From contig DFHF01000022.1 of NCBI GenBank assembly GCA_002371825.1, forward strand, positions 5,101 through 69,100: a stretch of DNA of 64,000 nt. The letters run 5' to 3'. Below the pieces are notes generated by a model. It did not search any database and was not told where the DNA came from. It was given only the letters and a program-made list of their open reading frames with translations. The stretch comes from Ruminococcus flavefaciens. GTDB lineage: Bacteria > Bacillota > Clostridia > Oscillospirales > Ruminococcaceae. Made by a program: the position numbers and the translations under genes. Positions 47,085-56,305 of this stretch are shown in pieces (within the stretch, counting starts at the first letter, position 1; the number at the start of each line of letters is the position of its first letter).

Positions 47085-48491
47085 TCATATCTCTGTCACG
47101 AATGGGGTAAGCAGAATGATTATCATGCATACAGGGCAGATGTATTTCAGCATGACATTGTACAGTGCCTTTGAGCGGAAGCGTTTTTCGCCGTACATTA
47201 CCTCTTCCTCTACATATTTTGTCTTTGCCACATATCCTACAAGTACACAGGTAAGGAAGGCAAGGACAGGCATCATAAGGTTATTGGTGATAAAGTCGAA
47301 GAAATCGAGTATCTGCTTATCGAAGATAGTGAAGCTGCTCCATGAGCTGTATCCGAGGACTGAGAGCATACCTATCGCAATGGTGAACACTATTACTATT
47401 ACACAGCTTATCTTACGGCTGATGGAGAATTTCTCCATAACCACAGCGGTAACAGTTTCCATAAGGGAGATAGAGGATGTAAGAGCAGCCAGAGCAACAA
47501 GTATGAAAAATGCTGCACCGATGAACTGTCCGGCAGGCATTGAATCGAATACCTTGGGGAGAGTTATGAACATAAGACCGGGACCTGCATTGAGGGCATC
47601 CTTGTCACCGTCTGAGAAGACGAATACTGCCGGTACGATGATAAGTCCTGCAAGGAATGCAACTAAGGTATCGAAGACCTCTATCTGCCTTACAGAGCTT
47701 TCAATGGAGTCGTCCTTGCGCATATATGAGCCGTAGGTTATCATTATTCCCATGGCCAGAGACATTGAGTAGAAAAGCTGTCCGACTGCGGCAGCAATTG
47801 TTTTGAGCAGCTTTGAAGGGGACATATCCGAAACATCAGGAAGCACATAGTATTTAAGACCGCTTCCCGCACCTTTGAGTGTAAGTGTGTAGATACTTAT
47901 TCCTATTATCAGCACAAGGAGTACAGGCATCAGTATCTTGCTGACTTTTTCAATGCCCTTTTCAACACCCATAATAACTACTACAGAGCCTATGAGAACA
48001 TAGAGTACGAAGAAGAAAGCAGGCTCTCCCAGCTGACCGATGAAGTGTTCAAAGAATGACAGACCGTTTCCCTCAGAGTCGGCATTGTAGACCTTATTAG
48101 CCATATCTGCACCCTGACCTGTGAGGAAGGCTGTCATATATTTAAGTACCCAGCCGCCTATTACGCAGTAATACGGGAGTATCAGTGCGGGTACTGCTGC
48201 TGCCAGCCAGCCGAGAGGTGCAAAGCGCTTGTTGACGGTACGGTAAGCGCCGATAACACTTTTTCCGGTGCGGCGGCCGATGGCGATCTCAGTAAGCATG
48301 AGGGTGAAGCCGAAGGTAACTGCAAATATCAGATAGACCAGCAGGAAAAATCCGCCGCCGTATTTAGCGGCAAGATAGGGGAATCTCCAGATATTTCCGA
48401 GGCCTACTGCGGAGCCGGCTGCTGCAAGGACGAAGCCTATCTTTGAGCCGAAGCCTCCTCTTGATGAGGTTGTTTCTGTCTTGGTTTCCAT
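47085..48491 (-). CDS. Sodium-dependent transporter, NSS (SNF) family
   Basis: AAAGSAVGLGNIWRFPY, GGGFFL, GQLFYSMSL, GPGLMFITLP, ALTSSISLME; likely start at ATG 48491. Confidence 0.93.
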   Translation of the reverse strand: METKTETTSSRGGFGSKIGFVLAAAGSAVGLGNIWRFPYLAAKYGGGFFLLVYLIFAVTFGFTLMLTEIAIGRRTGKSVIGAYRTVNKRFAPLGWLAAAVPALILPYYCVIGGWVLKYMTAFLTGQGADMANKVYNADSEGNGLSFFEHFIGQLGEPAFFFVLYVLIGSVVVIMGVEKGIEKVSKILMPVLLVLIIGISIYTLTLKGAGSGLKYYVLPDVSDMSPSKLLKTIAAAVGQLFYSMSLAMGIMITYGSYMRKDDSIESSVRQIEVFDTLVAFLAGLIIVPAVFVFSDGDKDALNAGPGLMFITLPKVFDSMPAGQFIGAAFFILVALAALTSSISLMETVTAVVMEKFSISRKISCVIVIVFTIAIGMLSVLGYSSWSSFTIFDKQILDFFDFITNNLMMPVLAFLTCVLVGYVAKTKYVEEEVMYGEKRFRSKALYNVMLKYICPVCMIIILLTPFVTEI

Positions 48492-48516
48492 GGGAGTAAC
48501 ATTTCCTTTCGTCGTT

Positions 48517-49413
48517 TTATTTTTTGAAAACAATGTTTATTCTGAACAGTCCGTTGTTTTTTTCTGCGGAAATACTTCCGCCCAGAAGCTCTGTGAACTG
48601 TTTTGCTATAGCCAGTCCCAGACCGGTATTGCCCTTTGTACGGGAGATGTCTGTGGTGTAGAACTCATCGAAGACTCTTTCCGTATCGAGCTCAGGGTCA
48701 TTGAGCCCGTTCTCGAAGGTCAGGGAAATCGTCTCTCCGCCGCTGACTGATATAACGAGATCATCTGAACCGTGCTTCAGCGCATTGCCTATCAGGTTAT
48801 CGAATATCCTCATGAGCATATTCCTGTTCGAGATCATCTTTATTCTGCCGGAGCTGCATTTAAGGTCGATCTTACGGCCTCTTGCGGAGTAGTCATCGTA
48901 GTAGTGAGCCACAGCCTCCTCCAGTATGCCTGTCAGGTTAACGGGCTCAGTTTCCGGTGACTTTCCGGAGGATATCATTTTTGAGAACTCAAAGAAGGAA
49001 TCAATGAGCTCCTCCAGTCTAAGCAGTCTTTTTTCTGCCGTCACTATACTGTGGGAGCGTTCTTCGCTGCTGATATTATCATCCTGAGCCATAGAGATAT
49101 GCCCCATAGCAGAGGTGAGAGGAGTTCTCAGGTCGTGGGAGATATTCGTCATCATCTGTTCAAGATCGTGATTTTTCCGCTGGTATTCAGCATCGTACCG
49201 ACGGATATCCTTGAGTATGGAGTTCACTTCATTTATAAGCTCCGGAGGCAAAGCTCTGCCGCTGGTATGGAGCAGCTGGTTAGTATCCTCTTTTCTTATC
49301 TCACGGAGCTTTTCAGCAGCTTTAATGGCGGCTCTGTATCTGATGATAAGCACAGCCAGAAGAACTGCACAGATGATGCTGAGAATTATAACAGCTGTCA
49401 ACATAGGCTGCAC
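48517..49413 (-). CDS. Sensor histidine kinase (single N-terminal TM)
   Basis: H-box ISHDLRTPLT, N-box NLIGNALKH, G2 GNTGLGLAIAK. Confidence 0.92.
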   Translation of the reverse strand: MQPMLTAVIILSIICAVLLAVLIIRYRAAIKAAEKLREIRKEDTNQLLHTSGRALPPELINEVNSILKDIRRYDAEYQRKNHDLEQMMTNISHDLRTPLTSAMGHISMAQDDNISSEERSHSIVTAEKRLLRLEELIDSFFEFSKMISSGKSPETEPVNLTGILEEAVAHYYDDYSARGRKIDLKCSSGRIKMISNRNMLMRIFDNLIGNALKHGSDDLVISVSGGETISLTFENGLNDPELDTERVFDEFYTTDISRTKGNTGLGLAIAKQFTELLGGSISAEKNNGLFRINIVFKK

Positions 49414-50088
49414 CTACTTTTTCATCCTGTAGCCCACTCCCCAGACTGTCTCGATATAATCGCAGTCAGGGTCACATTCCTTAAGCTTTTTTCTAAGCTT
49501 GCTTATGTGGACATTAAGGGTGTTGTCGTCAGCGGAGTTTTCGTAGTCCCAGACGGTATCGTAAATCATGCTCTTTGTACAGGTGCGGGAGGGGTTTTTC
49601 ATAAGCAGGGCAAGGAGTTCAAATTCGTGTTTTGAGAGCTCCATGTCCTTTCCGCAGCAGAGTGCAGTGAATGAGGAACGGTCCAGCTCTATATTTTTAT
49701 ATGAGAGCTTGTCACTTGCCGGCTCAGAATTGCTGCTTCTGAGCCTTACTGCTATTCTTGCCAGAAGCTCGTCATTATGGAACGGCTTTGTAATGTAGTC
49801 ATCGGCGCCCAGCACAAAGAGATCCACTTTTTTGCTGATATCGTGAATGGCGCTCATTACTATTACCGGAACGTTTTTAGCGGCTTTCAGTTCCTTGATT
49901 ATCTCATCGCCGTTTTTTCCGGGGAGCATGAGGTCAAGAAGTATCAGATCGATATTGCTGCCGTGGACAAGAAGTCCCTCAGTGCCTGAGAAGGCGCTGA
50001 CAGTATCGTATCCGTTTCTTTTCAGCAGAGTGCTGAGCATATTATTTATATCCGGGTCGTCTTCGATAATAAGGATAGTCTTATTCAT
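49414..50088 (-). CDS. OmpR-family response regulator
   Basis: ILIIEDD, ILLDLMLPG, GADDYITKPF, winged helix LNVHISKLRKKL...IETVWGVGYR; start reassigned to 50088. Confidence 0.93.
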   Translation of the reverse strand: MNKTILIIEDDPDINNMLSTLLKRNGYDTVSAFSGTEGLLVHGSNIDLILLDLMLPGKNGDEIIKELKAAKNVPVIVMSAIHDISKKVDLFVLGADDYITKPFHNDELLARIAVRLRSSNSEPASDKLSYKNIELDRSSFTALCCGKDMELSKHEFELLALLMKNPSRTCTKSMIYDTVWDYENSADDNTLNVHISKLRKKLKECDPDCDYIETVWGVGYRMKK

Positions 50089-50866
50089 TGTTATCCTCCA
50101 GAATAGCGTTGATCTCTCTGAGAAGGCTCTCAGGCATATATCTTGCACTCCGTACAGCAGAAACACCGTGAGCTTTCAGTTTTTCACGGGACAGCAGCTC
50201 CTTGCTGTAGCGTCTTATGAGCCTGAGCTTCATGACCTTCTTCATACTGACGTTTTTGCCGTTATAGATGTAGGGGATATCGCTTTCAATCACCTCGCAT
50301 CGGTAAATCACCGCTGATACTGGAGCGGCCATATATATGAACACATCATCTCCGGCAGAGACTTTTCCGGTCTGCTTCCAGTTTATCATGCCGTCACGCT
50401 GAAAGTCCTGTTCAAGGTCGTAGTAGGCAGGATTTGCAGGAACCAGCCAGCTCTTTTTGCCTGAGGAGGTTGAACGTGCTTTGCCGCTGCCGCCTGCAAG
50501 GCCGTAGCTCATATCCACCAGCGGAAATATCTCCTCAGCCGGTACAGAGCCGTCAAGGAGAATGGTTATCCAGCTGTTCTTGTTCATATGATAAGCCGGG
50601 AGTATCCCGCTGCGGCAGCGCAGAGAGCCTGCCATAAGGGGATCGCATTTGACATTCATTATACTTATCGTGGAACTGTCCGGCAGTCCAAGTTTATCTC
50701 CGCCGACAGTCATAAACAGGGCATACCATTTTTTATTATCCTGTCTTCTGACAGCGCAGGCATCCGGAGTACGCACCCAGAGGTATTCCGGCTGACCGCC
50801 GAATCTGTCCTTTATATACCCGAGGATATCCCCGGAAAGATCTGTATTCACAGCTTTAACCTCCAA
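50081..50866 (-). CDS. MmcQ/YjbR domain fused to an EVE/PUA-like domain
   Basis: N-terminal KWYALFM...NVKCDP...GILPAYHMNKNSWITI; C-terminal SWLVPANP...GDDVFIYMAAP.SA..YRCEV. Confidence 0.75.
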   Translation of the reverse strand: MEVKAVNTDLSGDILGYIKDRFGGQPEYLWVRTPDACAVRRQDNKKWYALFMTVGGDKLGLPDSSTISIMNVKCDPLMAGSLRCRSGILPAYHMNKNSWITILLDGSVPAEEIFPLVDMSYGLAGGSGKARSTSSGKKSWLVPANPAYYDLEQDFQRDGMINWKQTGKVSAGDDVFIYMAAPVSAVIYRCEVIESDIPYIYNGKNVSMKKVMKLRLIRRYSKELLSREKLKAHGVSAVRSARYMPESLLREINAILEDNNE

Positions 50867-50872
50867 AAATGG

Positions 50873-51439
50873 TTATTCTTCTGCATTGCCTTCGAGGGCA
50901 TCTGCAGGGACGGTTATCATTTTCCAGCCGTCTTCCTCAATATTGACCATGCAGCAGGTGTTTTCCATTGTGGTAACATAGTCTGCACCTGATATTTTAA
51001 GTGAGAGAACTGTCTCATAGCCCTCGCTTACTTTCGGAGACAAGCCGTTTGCTCCGTACTGTTCAGAGGCTGAGCTGAGATAGCTCTCAGCGCTTCTGAG
51101 CTGAGCATCGGAGAGCTGTACAGAGCTCTTTATCTCATCGAGAGTCATTTCCGGACCAGCTCCGCAGCTGACTATCCAGCCCTGACGCACTGCTTCCATG
51201 CCTTCCTTTCCGGCCTTGTAGAAATCATCGTGGTCAGGAGAGTTTTTTGCAGCGGCAGCAGCCTCCTTAGGGAGGGTACATTCAAGAAGAGCATCCGGGT
51301 CACAGTCGGTCATAGCCCGGCAATAGCTGTTTATGGCCGGTTCATAAGGTTTATGGCTGCTTCTGGACTTTTTTCCGGTGCCGCATGAGACAGTGGCAGC
51401 AAGGACTGCGGCAGTGGCAGCAATAATTAATTTTTTCAT
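50873..51439 (-). CDS. Lipoprotein of unknown function (paralog of 46296-46949)
   Basis: Lipobox ATVSC; shared C-terminal motifs with the 46296-46949 product. Confidence 0.75.
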   Translation of the reverse strand: MKKLIIAATAAVLAATVSCGTGKKSRSSHKPYEPAINSYCRAMTDCDPDALLECTLPKEAAAAAKNSPDHDDFYKAGKEGMEAVRQGWIVSCGAGPEMTLDEIKSSVQLSDAQLRSAESYLSSASEQYGANGLSPKVSEGYETVLSLKISGADYVTTMENTCCMVNIEEDGWKMITVPADALEGNAEE

Positions 51440-51596
51440 GGGTATCCCAAGCCTTTCGGTCAGAATGATGCTTCACCGTCCTGATACGGGAAGCGACATA
51501 TTCAATTATACAATAAGAGTATTTTTTTGTCAATGTGAAGGGACAGATATCATTATGCCGGACGGAGGAGCATATCCTATAAAGAGGTGATGAGTT

Positions 51597-51842
51597 ATGG
51601 AAGAAAACGCAGATCTCTCTGATGAGGAGCTGCTGGCTGAATACAGCGGGAGGAGCTCCGGGAGCAGCGGGGCGGTGCAGGCGGTAGTCTGCATTATCCT
51701 TGGAGCATCGCTGTTTGCTCTGAATATGCTTTCTCCGGGGCTTGCTGAGGAACTTTTGTCCCGATTCAGGAAATACTCAGAGGGCAGTCCGGTATGTCCT
51801 GACCCTATAGACCTGCTCATGGGATTTTTTGATAGGCCTTAG
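51597..51842 (+). CDS. Small single-TM protein, possible SpoIVFA-like remnant
   Basis: RBS gaggtga; acidic N-terminus then TM (VQAVVCIILGASLFALNML); overlaps the start of an M50 protease gene. Confidence 0.55.
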   Translation: MEENADLSDEELLAEYSGRSSGSSGAVQAVVCIILGASLFALNMLSPGLAEELLSRFRKYSEGSPVCPDPIDLLMGFFDRP

Positions 51843-52395
51843 GCTGGGCGGTACAGAGCTGCGACTGTACTTTTCGTTCCTGACGTTCAACGCACTGCTT
51901 TTTCTCAGCGGCAGCAGGACAGCCCTGCTTTTCTATGCAGCGGCAGCAGTGCATGAGGCGGCACATATACTTGCGGCATATTTTTTCGGACAGCATCTGA
52001 GGTCAGTGGAGTTCCGCGGCACAGGGATAATAATGGAAGCAGAAAAGAATTGCGGGGCTCCGTTTTTCCATGGGGCCGCAGTACTTATGGCAGGACCTGC
52101 TGTAAATCTTCTGATGTGGCTGATCTCCTCAGCAGCAGGTGCATCAGACAAATGGGCAGAGATAAATCTCGGCTTATGCCTTTATAATCTTCTGCCCTAT
52201 TGTCAGCTTGACGGCGGAGCAGCTATATCACTGCTTATATGCGGAAGCCCTTATGAGCGGGAGATAGGAGATCTTCTGCTATTCATAAAAATGGCAGTAT
52301 CAGCGGCACTTTTTATACTGACTATAGCTGTGGACAGCAGCCTGCTAATACTTTTTGCTGTATCTGTATTCCTTCTGCTGGGAGATATAAAATAA
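51829..52395 (+). CDS. M50 family site-2 metalloprotease (SpoIVFB-like)
   Basis: HEAAH zinc motif, AGPAVN, NLLPYCQLDGG (NxxPxxxxDG); hydrophobic. Confidence 0.8.
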   Translation: MIGLRLGGTELRLYFSFLTFNALLFLSGSRTALLFYAAAAVHEAAHILAAYFFGQHLRSVEFRGTGIIMEAEKNCGAPFFHGAAVLMAGPAVNLLMWLISSAAGASDKWAEINLGLCLYNLLPYCQLDGGAAISLLICGSPYEREIGDLLLFIKMAVSAALFILTIAVDSSLLILFAVSVFLLLGDIK

Positions 52396-52435
52396 AAGGA
52401 CTGCCGGAGCAGTCCTTTTTGATGTTATAGATATG

Positions 52436-53701
52436 TCAGATAGCAGCGAAAGCCTGCTTGAGGTCATCAAGGATATCCTCAACATTTTCGAGGCCGACAG
52501 AAAGTCTGATAAGTCCGCCGTTGATGCCTGCTGCAACGAGCTGTTCGTCAGTGAGCTGACGGTGAGTTGCGCTTGCAGGGTGGAGCACACAGGTGCGGAT
52601 ATCAGCAACGTGAACTTCATTTGAAGCAAGTTTGAGCGAATCCATGAACTTGACAGCAGTATTTCTTCCGCCCTTGATAACGAAGGAGATAACTCCTGAG
52701 CAGCCGCCTGGGAGATACTTCTGAGCGAGCTCATAGTAAGGATTGCTCTTGAGGCCGGGATAATTTACGGACTCGACCTTGTCGTTTGCCTCAAGGAACT
52801 CAGAAACGATCTTTGCGTTCTCGCAGTACTGCTTCATACGGATAGGAAGTGTCTCAAGGCCGAGGTTGAGGTAGAATGCGGACTGAGCTGAAGGATAGCA
52901 GCCGAAGTCTCTCATAAGCTGCATTCTTGCCTTGACTATGTAAGCAGCCTTGCCGTAAGCCTTTGTATAGATAGTGCCGTGGTAGCTCTCATCGGGCTCT
53001 GTAAACTCAGGGAACTTGCCGTTTGTCCAGTCGAAGTTACCGGAATCTATGATAACACCGCCGCCCTGTACAGCATGGCCGTCCATGTACTTTGTTGTGG
53101 AGTGAACGATGATATCAGCACCGTACTCAAAAGGTCTGCAAAGTACAGGAGTGGGGAAAGTGTTGTCTATGATGAGCGGAACGCCGTTTTCATGAGCGAT
53201 CTTAGCGAACTTCTCGATATCGAAAACAGAGAGTGCGGGGTTAGCGAGAGTTTCACCGAAAACAGCCTTTGTATTGGGCTTGAACGCAGCCTTTATCTCT
53301 TCCTCTGAAGCATCAGCATTTACGAAAATGCACTCGATGCCCAGTTTTTTGAGAGTGTAAGCGAAGAGGTTGATAGTGCCGCCGTAGATAGTAGCAGCAG
53401 AGATGAAGCTGTCGCCTGCCTGGAGGATGTTGAGCAGTGAGAGCAGGGAAGCTGCCTGGCCGCTTGAGGTACACATAGCGCCGATACCGCCTTCAAGGGC
53501 ATTTATCTTTTCCTCAACAGCCATAACTGTGGGGTTCTCGAAACGGGAATAGATAAGGCTCTTTGTGGGGTCATCAAATACAGCAGCAACGTCATCAGTT
53601 GAGTCATAAACGTAGGTAGTGCTCTGAACTATAGGCACAACTCTGGGCTCTGTATTTTTGGGTGTGTAGCCTGCGTGCAGGCATTTTGTCTCGATTTTCA
53701 T
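52436..53701 (-). CDS. metY: O-acetylhomoserine/O-acetylserine sulfhydrylase
   Basis: PIVQST.Y, YSRFENPT, SSGQAA, IDNTFPTP, HSTTKYMDGH PLP lysine, LIRLSVGLE. Confidence 0.9.
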   Translation of the reverse strand: MKIETKCLHAGYTPKNTEPRVVPIVQSTTYVYDSTDDVAAVFDDPTKSLIYSRFENPTVMAVEEKINALEGGIGAMCTSSGQAASLLSLLNILQAGDSFISAATIYGGTINLFAYTLKKLGIECIFVNADASEEEIKAAFKPNTKAVFGETLANPALSVFDIEKFAKIAHENGVPLIIDNTFPTPVLCRPFEYGADIIVHSTTKYMDGHAVQGGGVIIDSGNFDWTNGKFPEFTEPDESYHGTIYTKAYGKAAYIVKARMQLMRDFGCYPSAQSAFYLNLGLETLPIRMKQYCENAKIVSEFLEANDKVESVNYPGLKSNPYYELAQKYLPGGCSGVISFVIKGGRNTAVKFMDSLKLASNEVHVADIRTCVLHPASATHRQLTDEQLVAAGINGGLIRLSVGLENVEDILDDLKQAFAAI

Positions 53702-53724
53702 AATAAACCTCCTGGAAATTTGAT

Positions 53725-54246
53725 TCAGTGCTTTTCGTGAAGACCTGTCAGCTTAGGCAGACAGAATTCAAGAACAGCACAGTATTTATCAATGAGTGTG
53801 ATGATATAAGTCTCCTTGTATTTAGGCAGAGGCCTTGTGGCCGGCCACATATGCTTTTCTATCATATCACGTTCAAGCGGAGTGAGGGGAGTAAGCTCAG
53901 CAGCATTCTGTACTGCGATAAAAGCGTGCATGGCGCTGTGTGAGAGCTGTCCCTTTTCCTTGGAGCTGTTGTACTCCTTTCTGTTATAGAAGAAAAGATC
54001 GTGGAGCAGGCCTGCTCTTGCGGCGGAACGGGCATTAAGCCCTAATTTCCGGCAGACGAGCCAGCTGTAATAGGAGACATTGAGACAATGCTGGAACCTT
54101 GTAGTGGATATGTGGTGAGTTATGCTCCTGAGTCTGATAAGCTGACGGCAGCCGATAATATCGGAAACGCAGCTGTAATATTCAGAAAATGAGAGCTCCT
54201 TTCTGGAGCCGATAGCTTTTAACATAGACACATCCTTTTCGGTCAA
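53725..54246 (-). CDS. HD-domain phosphohydrolase
   Basis: HHISTTRFQHCLNVS, AGLLHDLFFY, H, IEKHMWP, DKYCA. Confidence 0.85.
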   Translation of the reverse strand: MTEKDVSMLKAIGSRKELSFSEYYSCVSDIIGCRQLIRLRSITHHISTTRFQHCLNVSYYSWLVCRKLGLNARSAARAGLLHDLFFYNRKEYNSSKEKGQLSHSAMHAFIAVQNAAELTPLTPLERDMIEKHMWPATRPLPKYKETYIITLIDKYCAVLEFCLPKLTGLHEKH

Positions 54247-54430
54247 AGGTCAATATCATCTGATAAGAAAATTATACCCTATATTATAAAAAAAATCAAT
54301 AGCTGACAGAAATTTCACAGAATTATCATATGATTTCAATAGGCTAACTTGGAATTGATTCAGTGCCATTGTATTGCTTGCGAAATATCATAAATATGCC
54401 TGCATATCAATTTTCAATGCTTTCAGCGTC

Positions 54431-54459
54431 TTGATTTATTTGCAAAGATGTGCTATAAT
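54431..54459 (+). promoter_or_regulatory. SigA promoter of trmB
   Basis: TTGATT-17-TATAAT with extended TG. Confidence 0.7.
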
Positions 54460-54460
54460 C

Positions 54461-54550
54461 AATGTGTTCTCAATAACCGCATTACGGCGGTTATTGTCCC
54501 GAACTTTGTTCAGGGAGCGTAAATTCTTTATAAAAAATGGAATTTGCGCA
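54461..54550 (+). repeat. Three-hairpin leader element, copy B
   Basis: 82/90 nt identical to 35270-35359. Confidence 0.9.
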
Positions 54551-54589
54551 GATATTAATTGCATCAAAACTTGTTTACCGGAGGTTTAT

Positions 54590-55252
54590 ATGAGAATACG
54601 TCATAAACCATGGGCAAAGCCGGAACTTGAGGCCTGCCCGTTTTATATAAAAGAACCTCAGCAGCAGATAGGCCGCTGGAGAGAGCTTTTCGCCGAGCCG
54701 GACAAGCCCCTTTATGTGGAGCTTGGCTGCGGCAAGGGAGGCTTTATCTCGCAGGCAGCTCCGGCTCATCCGGAAGTGAATTTCATTGCTATGGATATAA
54801 AGAACGAGATGCTGGTGCTGGCTAAGAGAAAGCTGGAACAGGCCTATGCGGAAAAAAATGCCTCTCCGGACAATGTTCGCATAGCCATACAGAATATCGA
54901 GCGGCTTGAACTGGCATGGGACGAAAATGACCGGGCAGAGAGGATATATATCAATTTCTGCAATCCGTGGCCGAAGAAAAAGCACAAGAAGCGCCGCCTG
55001 ACACATACAAGGCAGCTTGTGAACTATAAGAAATTCCTGAAAGGGGAGCTCTGGTTCAAAACTGATGATGACGAGCTCTTTGAGGAGTCCTTTGAGTATT
55101 TCGCAGAGGCCGGATACCGCATAAAGTACAAGACCTTCGACCTTCATGCCGAAAGTCCCTACGAGAATTTTGTGACCGAGCACGAGAAGATGTTCACTGA
55201 TGAGGGAAAGAAGATAAAGTTCCTCATAGCTGAACCTGTCAGGGAGGACTGA
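54590..55252 (+). CDS. trmB: tRNA (guanine-N7)-methyltransferase TrmB
   Basis: MRIRHKPWA, VELGCGKGGF, YINFCNPWPKKKHKKRRLT, FKTDD, TEHEKMF; RBS ggaggt; start 54590. Confidence 0.94.
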   Translation: MRIRHKPWAKPELEACPFYIKEPQQQIGRWRELFAEPDKPLYVELGCGKGGFISQAAPAHPEVNFIAMDIKNEMLVLAKRKLEQAYAEKNASPDNVRIAIQNIERLELAWDENDRAERIYINFCNPWPKKKHKKRRLTHTRQLVNYKKFLKGELWFKTDDDELFEESFEYFAEAGYRIKYKTFDLHAESPYENFVTEHEKMFTDEGKKIKFLIAEPVRED

Positions 55253-55255
55253 AAT

Positions 55256-55477
55256 ATGGAATATCAGAAGAATTTCGGCAGCTTCACCATCGGCGGAGGC
55301 ACTATGAAGACCGCCGGCTCAGGTACTCTTGACAAAGCAGTCGAGGCTCCTGATGTGAGGACAAAGTACGATAAGAAGATAATTGCCAAAAATGCCGCAA
55401 AGGCTGCTGTTCTTACAGCAGGAGTGCTCCTGAAGCACAAGTACCTTGGCGGAGGAAAGAAGAAAAAGAAGAGATAG
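55256..55477 (+). CDS. Small basic hypothetical protein
   Basis: RBS gggagg, 3 nt after the trmB stop; Lys-rich C-terminus. Confidence 0.55.
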   Translation: MEYQKNFGSFTIGGGTMKTAGSGTLDKAVEAPDVRTKYDKKIIAKNAAKAAVLTAGVLLKHKYLGGGKKKKKR

Positions 55478-55579
55478 CGGACATCTTTTGACTGTGATCC
55501 TCGTATGGAAGAACTATGTGAGTATCACGGCTGTCCGGCTGCCTTATTTGTAAACATAATATAATAAATCCGGTAAGAC

Positions 55580-55608
55580 TGGACAAACGAAAACAGATGT
55601 GATATAAT
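55580..55608 (+). promoter_or_regulatory. SigA promoter of the pyr operon
   Basis: TGGACA-17-TATAAT with extended TG. Confidence 0.7.
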
Positions 55609-55629
55609 ATATAAAGTCTATGGAACTAC

Positions 55630-55748
55630 CCCTTTAAATCGATCCCGTGAGATCGGCAAGGCGAGTCTGAAGATACTTATACACCGGTCTGTATCCGGAT
55701 ATAGCTATAACTATAAGTATGCTCCTTGCCTTGCAGGGAGCATTTTTT
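55630..55748 (+). promoter_or_regulatory. PyrR-binding attenuator leader
   Basis: cctttaa...gATCCcGtGAGatc...aagg fits the PyrR binding-loop consensus (ARUCCnGnGAGGYU). Terminator atgctcc..tgc-cttg-ca-gggagcat-tttttt at 55719-55748; directly upstream of pyrR. Confidence 0.8.
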
Positions 55749-55765
55749 GTGGAAGGAGAGGGTGT

Positions 55766-56293
55766 ATGGGCACAGGACATATAATCATGGATGAACAGGC
55801 TATGCAGAGAGCTATAGCAAGGATATCCTATGAAATAATCGAGCACAACAAGGGTGCGGAAGATATATGTATAGTCGGAGTGCTCTCCCGTGGAGTGCCT
55901 CTTGGCAGGCGGATAGCCGCAAAGCTCTCAGAGCTTGAAAAAGTGGAGGTGCCCTTCGGCGAGCTGGATATCACTCCCTACAGGGATGATGTGAAGCCGG
56001 ACGGCCATACCGAGAAAACTGATATCCCTTTCGATATCAAGGACAGGGACGTTATCCTGGTAGATGATGTCATATTTACCGGAAGAAGCTCCAGAGCCGC
56101 TATTGACGCACTTATCAAGCGTGGAAGGCCAAGGAGCATACAGCTTGCGGCACTTATCGACAGAGGTCACCGTGAGCTGCCTATAAGACCGGATTACGTC
56201 GGAAAGAACCTGCCAACTTCTCACAGCGAGAAGGTAAAGGTATCCGTATCAGAGATCGACGGACGAGACGGCGTCGAGATCTTCAGTTTATAA
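55766..56293 (+). CDS. pyrR: Bifunctional pyr regulator / uracil phosphoribosyltransferase PyrR
   Basis: [50 protein letters not shown]. Confidence 0.96.
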   Translation: MGTGHIIMDEQAMQRAIARISYEIIEHNKGAEDICIVGVLSRGVPLGRRIAAKLSELEKVEVPFGELDITPYRDDVKPDGHTEKTDIPFDIKDRDVILVDDVIFTGRSSRAAIDALIKRGRPRSIQLAALIDRGHRELPIRPDYVGKNLPTSHSEKVKVSVSEIDGRDGVEIFSL

Positions 56294-56305
56294 AAGGAGG
56301 AAGTT

